Source: a virus
Taxonomy: Duplodnaviria > Heunggongvirae > Uroviricota > Caudoviricetes
Length of the DNA: 64,000 nucleotides
IMG/VR virus record: IMGVR_UViG_3300021979_000001
Span: 354,948-418,947 of that record
Direction: 5' to 3' (one strand)
Below, one piece after another: positions 28,509 to 37,703 of the stretch; positions within the stretch are counted from its first letter, which is position 1; the number at the start of each line of letters is the position of its first letter. A model generated the notes under the pieces. It did no database searches. It saw nothing but the letters and a program-made list of their open reading frames with translations, and had not been told where the DNA came from. The translations under genes were made by a program, and so were the position numbers.

Positions 28509-29012
28509 ATGACCAACAAACATGTAGCTAAGGCCATTGTTCTCCTTAACGAAATCATCAAGGGCACCCATACCGAATCGCAGACGATTATCGATGCCAT
28601 CCGGTTTGCATCGGTGGCTCATGGGGACCAACAATATGGTGGTCTTCCGTATATTGTTCACCCAGTGGCAGTAATGTTGGCCCTGCCGAACGATGCCACC
28701 ACCGACATGAAAATTGCTGCCATCCTTCACGACGTATTGGAAGATACTGACGTAAGCGAAACAGAAATTGAAACCCGGTTCAACGCATCGGTTCTTCGCA
28801 TGGTTAAACAACTCACCCGTGACAAGGATGCCGGAACCTATCAAGACTGGATTCTGGAAATGGCGAAAATTCGCGATATTGATGCAATCAAAGTCAAGAT
28901 CGCAGACATTACCGTAAACATTACCGACTGTAAGGAAACCCTCACCCATCGTTACGAACATGCGATGGACGTTCTGACCAAGGTGGTTAGCGGGGAATGG
29001 AAGGTCGCATAA
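28509..29012 (+). CDS. HD-domain protein, SpoT/Mesh1-like (p)ppGpp hydrolase
   Basis: AHGDQ.YG..PYIVHP..V, AAILHDVLEDT, V..LT, VKIAD. Confidence 0.85.
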   Translation: MTNKHVAKAIVLLNEIIKGTHTESQTIIDAIRFASVAHGDQQYGGLPYIVHPVAVMLALPNDATTDMKIAAILHDVLEDTDVSETEIETRFNASVLRMVKQLTRDKDAGTYQDWILEMAKIRDIDAIKVKIADITVNITDCKETLTHRYEHAMDVLTKVVSGEWKVA

Positions 29013-29036
29013 ATCATGGATGCCGAAAGCGAAAAG

Positions 29037-29070
29037 TAAAAGGGCGGGAAATTTAATCCCGCCCTTTTTA
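29037..29070. terminator. intrinsic terminator
   Basis: AAAAGGGCGGGA-loop-TCCCGCCCTTTT. Confidence 0.75.
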
Positions 29071-29202
29071 TTATTCAATATTGTATGAATTAACGACCGT
29101 CATGCTCGCATATGTCGAACACATAAGTAGCACAAATACAAAACTAATAACCAACACCAATGCCCGCACTAATAAAACCTTTCCTGTATCAAATATTACC
29201 AA
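29071..29202 (-). CDS. putative 43-aa single-TM protein
   Basis: Below the ORF-track cutoff. TTG start, MVIFDTGKVLLVRALVLVISFVFVLLMCSTYASMTVVNSYNIE, ending at the terminator. Confidence 0.35.
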   Translation of the reverse strand: MVIFDTGKVLLVRALVLVISFVFVLLMCSTYASMTVVNSYNIE

Positions 29203-29415
29203 CGACTTTTATACCTACCCCAAGATAAATAAGTCAATAATATTTTTAATTTTTGTTGCCATAACACCATTGCCATAAACCACGTTTAACCGGCTTTACA
29301 GCGCGTCTACGTATTTAATGACACACCATAGCTGTTTTTTGTTAAACCATATCAGGCGGGCGAAAAAAAGGGCACTGTGTTTATTTTATAATACCTACTA
29401 TACGGAACATTAAAA

Positions 29416-30603
29416 ATGCAAAATGACGATACGATACAAGATGAACTTTATGACATTGAAACAAAAGACGATATTGCCAACATACTACAGCAATACGGAG
29501 CGACAAAATTAAGTTTACCCGGATATAAGGGCGATGATATTTTCATCACTGATAATTTTGTGATTGAATGGTCTGGTGATGATCTTTATGTCACGTGTGA
29601 ACCAAAATCAGCCTGGTTATATGATGCCGACCTAACTTCGTTATTTCCAGATTCCGAAATCGAAGCGTCAAATGCGTTTTGGAATGCACCAGAAATTTTA
29701 TACCATGCTACATCCGAAAAAAATGCCAAAAATATAATGATAACCGGATTACAACAAATTCAAAAAACCCGTCGTGCAATTAATCAATTCGTTGATGGCA
29801 TATTTACCAGCACCGAGCCGGAAAGCATTTATATGTATGGATCAGTTATCATTGAAATAGATACCGTTGCAATGAAAAATGCTGGATATACTCCACCAGT
29901 TAGCATGGAACCCGACGTATTTGAACAGAAGTTACGATACGATCTGGCACATTTAATCCAATATAACGAGTATTATGGCGATAATATTGAATCTGATCAA
30001 TATACCATCATCGTTCATGGTGATATTCCTGCAAAATTTCTATCAACTGAAACTGATTTAATGGAAAGAACCGAGGTTAACTCTGATATTACATTATATT
30101 GCGGTGTATCTAATTTTAATGCTGGATTAATGAAAATATCTCCCCGTTCAATAGACCTGGCAATGTTTTCCCGCCAGGAAGATGCCTTGTCAACCGCTAA
30201 GAAGGCAACGAAGATCACACAGGTATCGTTTGGTCCAAAAGTCAGGGCCAAAAAATTGATGAATTTAAAAGGTTTTATGGATACCCTTAACCGGGTGAAT
30301 AAACTAATTGACGAACACCCCGGAAAAGATATGTCTATGTTAATTAAACAACGAGAGTATTATCTCGAACAGTTGGGTGAATACAAAAATTACACACAGG
30401 ACGAATTGGATTATATTTTTTCATTTGATGAAACGCTTCGTCCAGTTGTCCTGGAAGTCCATATACCAGCAGCAGAAACCGACCAACTCGAACCGACATA
30501 CGATTATATGCGTAATAACAAAAATCATGATTGGAAAGATAGTTTGGATCAAACCGGCATCGTGATATTTCGGGGAACCATTCAACCAAACTGGATACAA
30601 TAA
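29416..30603 (+). CDS. protein with one or two ART-fold-like domains
   Basis: ILYHATS...I...GL...GIFTST...YG.VIIEID...VHGDIPAKF. The second half has LYCGVS...VVLEVHIP...FRGTIQPNWI. Confidence 0.55.
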   Translation: MQNDDTIQDELYDIETKDDIANILQQYGATKLSLPGYKGDDIFITDNFVIEWSGDDLYVTCEPKSAWLYDADLTSLFPDSEIEASNAFWNAPEILYHATSEKNAKNIMITGLQQIQKTRRAINQFVDGIFTSTEPESIYMYGSVIIEIDTVAMKNAGYTPPVSMEPDVFEQKLRYDLAHLIQYNEYYGDNIESDQYTIIVHGDIPAKFLSTETDLMERTEVNSDITLYCGVSNFNAGLMKISPRSIDLAMFSRQEDALSTAKKATKITQVSFGPKVRAKKLMNLKGFMDTLNRVNKLIDEHPGKDMSMLIKQREYYLEQLGEYKNYTQDELDYIFSFDETLRPVVLEVHIPAAETDQLEPTYDYMRNNKNHDWKDSLDQTGIVIFRGTIQPNWIQ

Positions 30604-30633
30604 GAAACGCCCGGTAAAATCCGGGCTTTTCCT

Positions 30634-31038
30634 TTATCCTAAACAAATAGTTCCTATCACAATATAACAAATGGTGTGTAGGAGTTGGTCAAGTCCTGTC
30701 AAATACCAAAATTCAGGGTGGGTGTTACATTTCCATCCTTTATATTGTGAAATATTCATCTTTGCGTAATCAATGATATAATGAGAAACAAACTCAAAAC
30801 AAGAAACCCAAAAAATTGTTAATAATTCAATACGAGCCTCGGGATATGACCAGGTAACTAGTGTGTCCCAAAATAATAGAATAACACACGTTACATAGGC
30901 ATGTTTGAGTGAATGACGAATTCCGCCCCAGTGAAAAAGTGTTCCCTTGTTTCTCCATTCAAATTCTGGTTGCCACATGAAATCAACAAGAAAGTGCTTG
31001 ATCGATAAAATCAAAAATAAAACTGGAAATAAGATCAT
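30634..31038 (-). CDS. DUF3307-like membrane protein
   Basis: KHFLVDF..Q...NKG...HSLKH...HYIIDY.K...GLDQLLH. Confidence 0.75.
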   Translation of the reverse strand: MILFPVLFLILSIKHFLVDFMWQPEFEWRNKGTLFHWGGIRHSLKHAYVTCVILLFWDTLVTWSYPEARIELLTIFWVSCFEFVSHYIIDYAKMNISQYKGWKCNTHPEFWYLTGLDQLLHTICYIVIGTICLG

Positions 31039-31081
31039 AGGTAACTGCCTCAATATTAAAAAAGTTCAACAAACTAGTGTG

Positions 31082-31414
31082 TTATACGATACAAGACAAC
31101 GTGGTTCCATCAGTATTACCACTAGTCAATACACTACCTTCCCCCCAATATAAGTCCAAATCGTTGATTTGATCAAACGTAATACTAATAATATCATCGA
31201 CGTTTACGTTTGTGTCATATACAATGGCACAGGGCAATGAGTTCGAGGTTTCACCATACCATGGGACAGTTATTGTTATACCGGTTTCATCACCAAAGTT
31301 TCCAAAAACAATTACTTTCTTTGGAATATGGGCATCCCGATATATTATGCCATCAATCGACATTCCACCAATATCATCTGATATTTTACTATATTTACAG
31401 GCTATTGTTGTCAT
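31082..31414 (-). CDS. hypothetical protein
   Basis: 110-aa ORF in the operon. Confidence 0.55.
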   Translation of the reverse strand: MTTIACKYSKISDDIGGMSIDGIIYRDAHIPKKVIVFGNFGDETGITITVPWYGETSNSLPCAIVYDTNVNVDDIISITFDQINDLDLYWGEGSVLTSGNTDGTTLSCIV

Positions 31415-31423
31415 AATATGTTA

Positions 31424-31750
31424 TCAGTTCGCCCCAAGTCCTTCACCGGAACTACTGCCATCATCTTCTCCCTTACAAACATCGCCACAACCGCGAACCA
31501 AAATATGATCGTAAAATATAATACGCTTTTGTTCACTTGTTATTACTATAATATTACGATGTTCTATATGTGGAATTGTAACTGTTTCGCCCGATAAGTC
31601 TCCGATGTTGCCGTAATTAATTTTAGTCCACCCATCACAATCGAACCAACTCGGTAATATATTTGTAGAACTATCACCAATTACGGCATGATTTGCAGAA
31701 TAAATATCTGCTATTGATCGCAACGATGGTTTCCAATCTTTTTCATTCAT
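31424..31750 (-). CDS. hypothetical protein
   Basis: Probable start at ATG 31750, downstream of kptA. Confidence 0.5.
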   Translation of the reverse strand: MNEKDWKPSLRSIADIYSANHAVIGDSSTNILPSWFDCDGWTKINYGNIGDLSGETVTIPHIEHRNIIVITSEQKRIIFYDHILVRGCGDVCKGEDDGSSSGEGLGAN

Positions 31751-31779
31751 ATCAATACCAGCGTCAAAAGGTTTTGTCG

Positions 31780-32343
31780 TTATTCTGCCCACCTGGTATC
31801 CGAAACAAAATTGAGCGTGAATCCGGTTGGAGGTAAATATTTGACTAACCATACGCCGTTTTCACTAATATACCAATCAATTTTTTTATATTGTTTGGTA
31901 TCGATTGTTATGATCACCAAATTACCACCGTGTCGCGTGCCAACGGCGCGTGCTGTATCAATATCAGCCGACAAATGAACATAGTTACGTGTCATTCGTT
32001 GTAAACCATCCTTCATGATTTTATCAATAAATCGCGAGGATGTTCCGTGATAAAGAAAATCTGGTGGACATTGGGGCACAAAATTCATATTAACCGGAAC
32101 ACTATGACCCTGATTTGCTCGAATTAAAGTTCGTTCCCTGTTTAACGAATATCGATTTTTGTTATCGGTGTTCACAATTTCAAACAATATGGTTTTGTTG
32201 ATTGAATGCCCGCATTTCTTCATTCCCGAAATAAGGGCATTCACATCAACCCAACCACCAGTATTCAGTTCCAGGTTTAGTTCATTTGGTTTATGGCGCA
32301 GGTAGTATGCCAACACCCTGCTTAATGAAACATGGTTTTCCAT
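31780..32343 (-). CDS. kptA: RNA 2'-phosphotransferase (Tpt1/KptA)
   Basis: LSR.L...LRH.P, K.RY, IRANQGHS, LYHGT, R.YVHLS, VG.RHG, NGVWL. Confidence 0.95.
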   Translation of the reverse strand: MENHVSLSRVLAYYLRHKPNELNLELNTGGWVDVNALISGMKKCGHSINKTILFEIVNTDNKNRYSLNRERTLIRANQGHSVPVNMNFVPQCPPDFLYHGTSSRFIDKIMKDGLQRMTRNYVHLSADIDTARAVGTRHGGNLVIITIDTKQYKKIDWYISENGVWLVKYLPPTGFTLNFVSDTRWAE

Positions 32344-32349
32344 TTGTTT

Positions 32350-33714
32350 TTAAATTTTTTCGCCTTTTTTGGTTCCGCGCCATCCTTTAAACCTGGGGAA
32401 ACGCAATGAAAATTCGCCAGTTACCGAATTTTTAGAAATAGCATCCGCTTTAACTTCAACCATCATCCCGATAAACTTATTTTTATCTGCAAAAATTTCA
32501 TCACGCAAAGCATCAGATAAACCGGTTGATACATTCGTTTTGATATAAATACCGTCATCCTCACCGGCACAAACCAATGCACCGGTTGTGCCAAAATATT
32601 TTCCGTCTGCATTTCCAGGTTCAACATCCATCACTTTAAGGGTGACTTCAATAAAGGGCTTAATCTTTAGCCAATCCGGTGTTTTTTTCGTTCGATATGG
32701 CGAATTGGCATCCTTTGCCATGACACCCTCAAACCCGTTAATCAACGCTCGTTTGTTAAATTCAGCAAATGCGGCTTTTCCTTCCTCTGTATCAAGATTG
32801 ACTAACACTTTTGGTAATACCTGCACACTTTCCCCACAATGTTCCTGAAACATCGGGATCATATCAACCAAGACATCATGCCGGTTTTTAAGTGGCGTTT
32901 TACATTCACCTTCCGAAAATCGATTTAGCGGGATAATGTCAAACAGCGCAAGTTTGGTTGCACTGGTATCAACATCGGTTTTTCGGTTAAGCTGCGTCAT
33001 TAATTCATTGAACGAGTTATCTACAACTTCACCATCCAGAACAATAGACGCCGGAATCAATGGAATCAATTTTTCCAAACTTTCGCGCAAGTGTGGAAAA
33101 TTGGTGTTAATTTTTCCATTTCTGGTGAATTGTGTAACGATTTTCTTTTCTTTGTCCAGGATGGATAATAATCTAACACCATCCATTTTAACATCTAACA
33201 ATTTAATGCCAGACATTTTCTTTGGGTATTTTATTCCATCCATTGCCAACTGCAACGAGAATACCGTAACGATATAATTATGGGCATCGTCATAAATCGG
33301 AGCAAGTTTCAATAAAATTTTATTGATTGTTTTGACATCACAACCGATAGCAAAATTTTTCAATAAAATTCTACGATAAAAATTGTTCCATTTGTCAATA
33401 TTACATTGTTCAGCGGCTTCATTTATCGCTTTTTTTGCATTGTTCCCGGTAAGTTCTCGTGTTTCCAATGCGTTGGCGAGTTTCTTGAAATCGGAAAAAC
33501 TAAGATTATCCGTATCATCCATACCGATTTCAGAATCAATTTCGTCAATTAATGCAATTTTTTTGACCCCATAAGTGACTGTGGGATCATATGCCATTTT
33601 AAAACCTTCAAAAAACTCACGATTGCCCGCAGTAAATGCGTTCATTAACAACTGTTCTTTATCGGTTCTGCCCCCGGTATTACGAAGGGCTGAAATAAGT
33701 TCTAAAGTGTTCAT
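32350..33714 (-). CDS. ATP-dependent DNA ligase
   Basis: KMDGVR, LDGEV, FDII, EGVMAK, WLKIK and LRFPRF motifs. Confidence 0.95.
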   Translation of the reverse strand: MNTLELISALRNTGGRTDKEQLLMNAFTAGNREFFEGFKMAYDPTVTYGVKKIALIDEIDSEIGMDDTDNLSFSDFKKLANALETRELTGNNAKKAINEAAEQCNIDKWNNFYRRILLKNFAIGCDVKTINKILLKLAPIYDDAHNYIVTVFSLQLAMDGIKYPKKMSGIKLLDVKMDGVRLLSILDKEKKIVTQFTRNGKINTNFPHLRESLEKLIPLIPASIVLDGEVVDNSFNELMTQLNRKTDVDTSATKLALFDIIPLNRFSEGECKTPLKNRHDVLVDMIPMFQEHCGESVQVLPKVLVNLDTEEGKAAFAEFNKRALINGFEGVMAKDANSPYRTKKTPDWLKIKPFIEVTLKVMDVEPGNADGKYFGTTGALVCAGEDDGIYIKTNVSTGLSDALRDEIFADKNKFIGMMVEVKADAISKNSVTGEFSLRFPRFKGWRGTKKGEKI

Positions 33715-34034
33715 TCGTTTCCCCGATAAAGACGTTTCCATTTATTGATTTTGGCGTCAAGGACGCTTACCACTTCGGCATGAATTTTTTCGTGGTCATC
33801 ATCGATGGGTAACGGGGTATAAAGACAATCCACCGCAACAAGAACCACATCAACCAATTCTTCGCGCACATCATGCCATGTTTTTTCTTTGTAATTTTTG
33901 TCGCTTGTAACACCCAGGTATGCTTCGAATACTTCGCCCAATTCCTCGGTCAGCTTCATAAGTCGTCTGTCAAGTTGGCTGGCATCCCGTGTTGGGTTTG
34001 CGTCAACAATTTTATGGATAATATCATCGCTCAT
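33711..34034 (-). CDS. MazG-like nucleotide pyrophosphohydrolase
   Basis: KLTEELGEV...VREELVDV. Confidence 0.85.
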   Translation of the reverse strand: MSDDIIHKIVDANPTRDASQLDRRLMKLTEELGEVFEAYLGVTSDKNYKEKTWHDVREELVDVVLVAVDCLYTPLPIDDDHEKIHAEVVSVLDAKINKWKRLYRGNE

Positions 34035-34126
34035 GTATCATTACCTTAAATTATTTGAACGGGCATATTGCCATATATGAAACCGGAAACACAATATAAT
34101 TATGGTTAACCAAAATTTTAATCGCA

Positions 34127-34161
34127 CAAAAAAGGCCACCCGAAATCGGATGGCCTTTTTG
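34127..34161. terminator. intrinsic terminator
   Basis: CAAAAAAGGCCA...TGGCCTTTTTG. Confidence 0.7.
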
Positions 34162-34620
34162 TTAAATGTCTAACATGGTTTCGAGTTTTGTCATGACTTC
34201 CCGTGCATCATCCTGATCGGGACCATCATATTCTGCCATATGAATCAGGTGTTCCAAATGCTCCACGATGCTTTTAACAAACGGCCCAGATAGCGTGATG
34301 GTAGCGTCTTTGATCCGTTGTTCTTTATCAATCCGCTCTTGCTCGACACGTTTCTCGTTTTCTTTTTCTTCTCGATACATTTTCTTTTTGCGATTTTTTG
34401 CTTGGCGAATGGCAAGATCAACCGCATTTTGATATTCTACATAATCTGGATGATTTTCGGATACCGGATGATCCCGTTTGTGTTTTTTCCCGAAATAATG
34501 CGCCCATGCAGAAGTGACCCGAACATCTGGGTTTCCAGCGGTAAGCCTAGCACCACAAAGCGGGCAGCATATCCGACCACGTTCAAGGTCTACATCAAAT
34601 GTAATATCAAACTTTTTCAT
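34162..34620 (-). CDS. hypothetical protein with a possible Zn finger and a coiled coil
   Basis: CPLC...H....H followed by a charged helix. Confidence 0.6.
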   Translation of the reverse strand: MKKFDITFDVDLERGRICCPLCGARLTAGNPDVRVTSAWAHYFGKKHKRDHPVSENHPDYVEYQNAVDLAIRQAKNRKKKMYREEKENEKRVEQERIDKEQRIKDATITLSGPFVKSIVEHLEHLIHMAEYDGPDQDDAREVMTKLETMLDI

Positions 34621-34737
34621 AATTTCGAAACCCAATCAGAAATGTATTTCTATACTATAACAAACAATAGCAAATTCGTAAACACCAAAATTTTAAATAT
34701 TGGTGTTTACGATCCCAATTTTACTTCATTCCCAATT

Positions 34738-35985
34738 TTACTTCATTGCGTGTTTAATGACCTGGTTCATCGTCAACCCTTGGACGACGATTGAAAAGAT
34801 CACAACGCCGTAGGTCATGGTTAATAACAAGTCTTTAAATGGCGAATCTGGTATAGCCAAAGCCAGGGCAATAGAAATACCGCCGTGAACCCCACCCCAA
34901 GTCAAAATTTTAACTGCACCGGTGGTGTATTCAGTTGATGTAATCCATGACAATACTGCAATCACATCGGCGACCACAATAAACCGGGCAATGAGGGACA
35001 CCATAATTGCCAAACCGGTTGCAATAATTGCAGTTACATCATGACTGATCGCAAAAACTTCGACACCAATCAGTAAGAATAAGACGCCAATTAATCCGTT
35101 ATGGATTACCTGCCAAAATTTATGCAGGTATTCACGGGTATTTTCTACCATGCCGTGTTTTTGACCATGATTGCCGGTAAACAACCCAGCAATGACACAC
35201 CCCAACGCCCCACTAACACCCAGCACCCGTGACAGCGATGTAATGGCAAATACAGTAACCACGGTTAGCATCACTTCCCACGTATGCCGATCAGTTGTTG
35301 CGGTCCAACGATAGGCCGCATATCCAATTGCAAGACCAAGTATAACACCCCCAATCGCCTCAACTGCAAACATTTCAGCAATGTGGGTTATATTGATGTG
35401 GGTATCAGTGCCAAACGCCACCTGGGTTAACACGGCAAAAACAACAATCCCCACCCCATCATTAAAAAGGCTTTCCCCGGCCACTTTCGCTTCCAATGTC
35501 TTTGGGACCGCGTGCTTTTTCAGAATCGCGATAACCGCAATTGGATCAGTGGGTGACACAATTGCCCCAAACACCAGCGACACAAGATATGGAATTTGCA
35601 CACCCATATAATTCAAAATGAAATACATGGATGTTCCGATAATCATTGTGGTCGCGACCGTTCCGACAATTGCCAGAACCGCAATCGCTGCTTTTCGTGC
35701 CATCATTGGCCCAACATCGGTATGCAATGCGTCCCCGAACAACAGGAATGGCAACATCCACACCATAACGACTGCGTAGAAATCAATTCCGCCCATAAAT
35801 TCACGGATTTCGGCAGAAATTGAAAATGACGGAATGACCTGATCCGCCGAGGTTAGCAGAACTGATGCCACCAGCGCGACCAGTAACAAGCCAATTTCAT
35901 CTTGGATTTTCAGAAATTTCTCGTTGATCCATCCAATCAACACAACCGCAAACAACAAAATGGTCAGTGTGTCTAACACATCCAT
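34738..35985 (-). CDS. nhaP: Na+/H+ antiporter, CPA1/NhaP family
   Basis: About 12 TM helices, FGAIVSPTDPIAV, GESLFNDGVG, LTWGG.HGGISIALAL. Confidence 0.92.
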   Translation of the reverse strand: MDVLDTLTILLFAVVLIGWINEKFLKIQDEIGLLLVALVASVLLTSADQVIPSFSISAEIREFMGGIDFYAVVMVWMLPFLLFGDALHTDVGPMMARKAAIAVLAIVGTVATTMIIGTSMYFILNYMGVQIPYLVSLVFGAIVSPTDPIAVIAILKKHAVPKTLEAKVAGESLFNDGVGIVVFAVLTQVAFGTDTHINITHIAEMFAVEAIGGVILGLAIGYAAYRWTATTDRHTWEVMLTVVTVFAITSLSRVLGVSGALGCVIAGLFTGNHGQKHGMVENTREYLHKFWQVIHNGLIGVLFLLIGVEVFAISHDVTAIIATGLAIMVSLIARFIVVADVIAVLSWITSTEYTTGAVKILTWGGVHGGISIALALAIPDSPFKDLLLTMTYGVVIFSIVVQGLTMNQVIKHAMK

Positions 35986-36057
35986 TTGAACACCCTCAAA
36001 TTAAAAAACACGACACATTGAATTATGTATCGTGTTTTTTATTGTTTGCCAACATTT

Positions 36058-36342
36058 TTATTCTTGGATGATTTCATTTGCCTTTTTAACAAAGGCTTGT
36101 GCCGTGGCAATTTCATTGGTCAGTGCCCGGAACTGTGCTTCGGTTTTGACTGTAATGCCGGACAGCAAAATGAAAAAACCACGTTTGCTGATCTTCACCC
36201 TCAACGAGTTGAACCGGTCCGGCGACATTATGCTGTTTTTTACCGACGTGAATACAAAATCATTCCCGGCGGCATTTTCCGTCGCATCGATGCCATTTTC
36301 AGCCAAAAAACTAATGATATTTTTCAGTTGGGTGGTGTTCAT
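36058..36342 (-). CDS. hypothetical protein
   Basis: 94 aa with a strong AAAGGA RBS. Confidence 0.65.
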   Translation of the reverse strand: MNTTQLKNIISFLAENGIDATENAAGNDFVFTSVKNSIMSPDRFNSLRVKISKRGFFILLSGITVKTEAQFRALTNEIATAQAFVKKANEIIQE

Positions 36343-36370
36343 AATGTCGTCCTTTCAAAAGGTTAAACTT

Positions 36371-36706
36371 TTACCCAGCGTGAGAAAAAGAACTCCCACA
36401 ACCACAATTCGACGCTTCATTCGGATTATTAAACTGGAACGACGATCCCATCATGTTTTCAATCCAATCAATCTCGGTTCCAGCCAAATAAAATGGCATG
36501 ATTTCGTTCATGACTACGATAACATTTGGGTTGGAGAATGTTATAACTTCGTCGTCTGACTCAACTTGATTTTCATCAATAAGCTGCATATCATAACTGA
36601 AACCAGAACATCCACCTGATATAACGCCAAAGCGCAATGCATATTTGCTATTAGTCGCAAGCAAATCGGCCAATCTATTCTGTGCATTTTTTGTTAATGT
36701 GATCAT
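36371..36706 (-). CDS. iscA: A-type Fe-S cluster carrier (IscA/HesB family)
   Basis: ITLT..A, GGCSGFSY, G.EIDW...GS.F.FNNPN...CGCGSSF. Confidence 0.92.
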   Translation of the reverse strand: MITLTKNAQNRLADLLATNSKYALRFGVISGGCSGFSYDMQLIDENQVESDDEVITFSNPNVIVVMNEIMPFYLAGTEIDWIENMMGSSFQFNNPNEASNCGCGSSFSHAG

Positions 36707-36770
36707 ATTGTTTTCCTAGTTATAGCAACTATACTTTATCATAAATAATACAAAGTGCAAGGAAAAAAAT

Positions 36771-37664
36771 ATGTTACTACATCATTTATTTGAATCGCCA
36801 ATTATGTCATATAAAGTTGACGACGATTTTGAAGATAATCAGAAAAAAATGAAAAATACGTATAAATCAAATCGCGACCAATATAATGATTTCAAAAATT
36901 TTCACCATTGGCATAAATCTGACATTAACGCAATAATGGACCCTGCATCATGGGAAAATCATGTAACAACATTTGCTGGCACAAAATATCCATTCAACAT
37001 CTATGTTTATCAGGATGAACGACCTAACTATGATATATGGATGTCAAATTTTGCAATGGATGTAAATCACAAAAATATTACCCCGGAAATGAAGAATTGG
37101 TTTAAAAAGAATGATTATACATCCAGAATTAACATCATTTTAGCAAATAATTTATCAGATGAAGCAAAAGTATCCATTAAATCATCTTGGATTCTTGCAC
37201 ATCGTATCGGACATGCACTATTGTTACCGGATAACAATAATCATAAAACGTTTTTTTCATCATTAATTTATGTAATGAAACAGTATATTAAACGAATAAT
37301 TGTATTAGCATATGACGTTGCCTGGGAATCAGAAGACAGTGAATACTTCAATAATGATATTGATGAATTTATGTTTGAAATATATTCGAAAGAGATGGGC
37401 CATGAACTCGGAACAATGCGTTCTGCCAGAAATAAAAGACTTGTTAATGGTTATGAATGGTATGTCGAAACATTTGTTCAATGGTTATTACAAGGCAAAG
37501 TAACGTTAAGACCATTACCTGAAATTTTTGATGAAAATGTCATGACCAAAGATGTAAACAAAAGAAAAACAGCACACAAATTATGGGCAAAAATGCCGAT
37601 AGTATTTTCTCGTTGTTTTGAAGAAATCATGGAACATTCCGTTGGGACATTCCATTCTACCTAA
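36771..37664 (+). CDS. hypothetical protein with MLLHHLFE leader (possibly virion-packaged)
   Basis: 297 aa. ATAAATA at 36741, WILAHRIGH motif, terminator after. Confidence 0.75.
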   Translation: MLLHHLFESPIMSYKVDDDFEDNQKKMKNTYKSNRDQYNDFKNFHHWHKSDINAIMDPASWENHVTTFAGTKYPFNIYVYQDERPNYDIWMSNFAMDVNHKNITPEMKNWFKKNDYTSRINIILANNLSDEAKVSIKSSWILAHRIGHALLLPDNNNHKTFFSSLIYVMKQYIKRIIVLAYDVAWESEDSEYFNNDIDEFMFEIYSKEMGHELGTMRSARNKRLVNGYEWYVETFVQWLLQGKVTLRPLPEIFDENVMTKDVNKRKTAHKLWAKMPIVFSRCFEEIMEHSVGTFHST

Positions 37665-37667
37665 AGA

Positions 37668-37696
37668 AAATGCCGGGGAATTTTACCCCGGCATTT
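37668..37696. terminator. bidirectional terminator between convergent genes
   Basis: AAATGCCGGGG-loop-CCCCGGCATTT. Confidence 0.7.
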
Positions 37697-37703
37697 ATAA
37701 TTG

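Noticed and set aside
12423-29078. Long antisense ORFs such as 12423..12923, 25113..25607 and 28464..29078
   Set aside because: They are shadows of well-supported genes on the opposite strand and show no motifs of their own.
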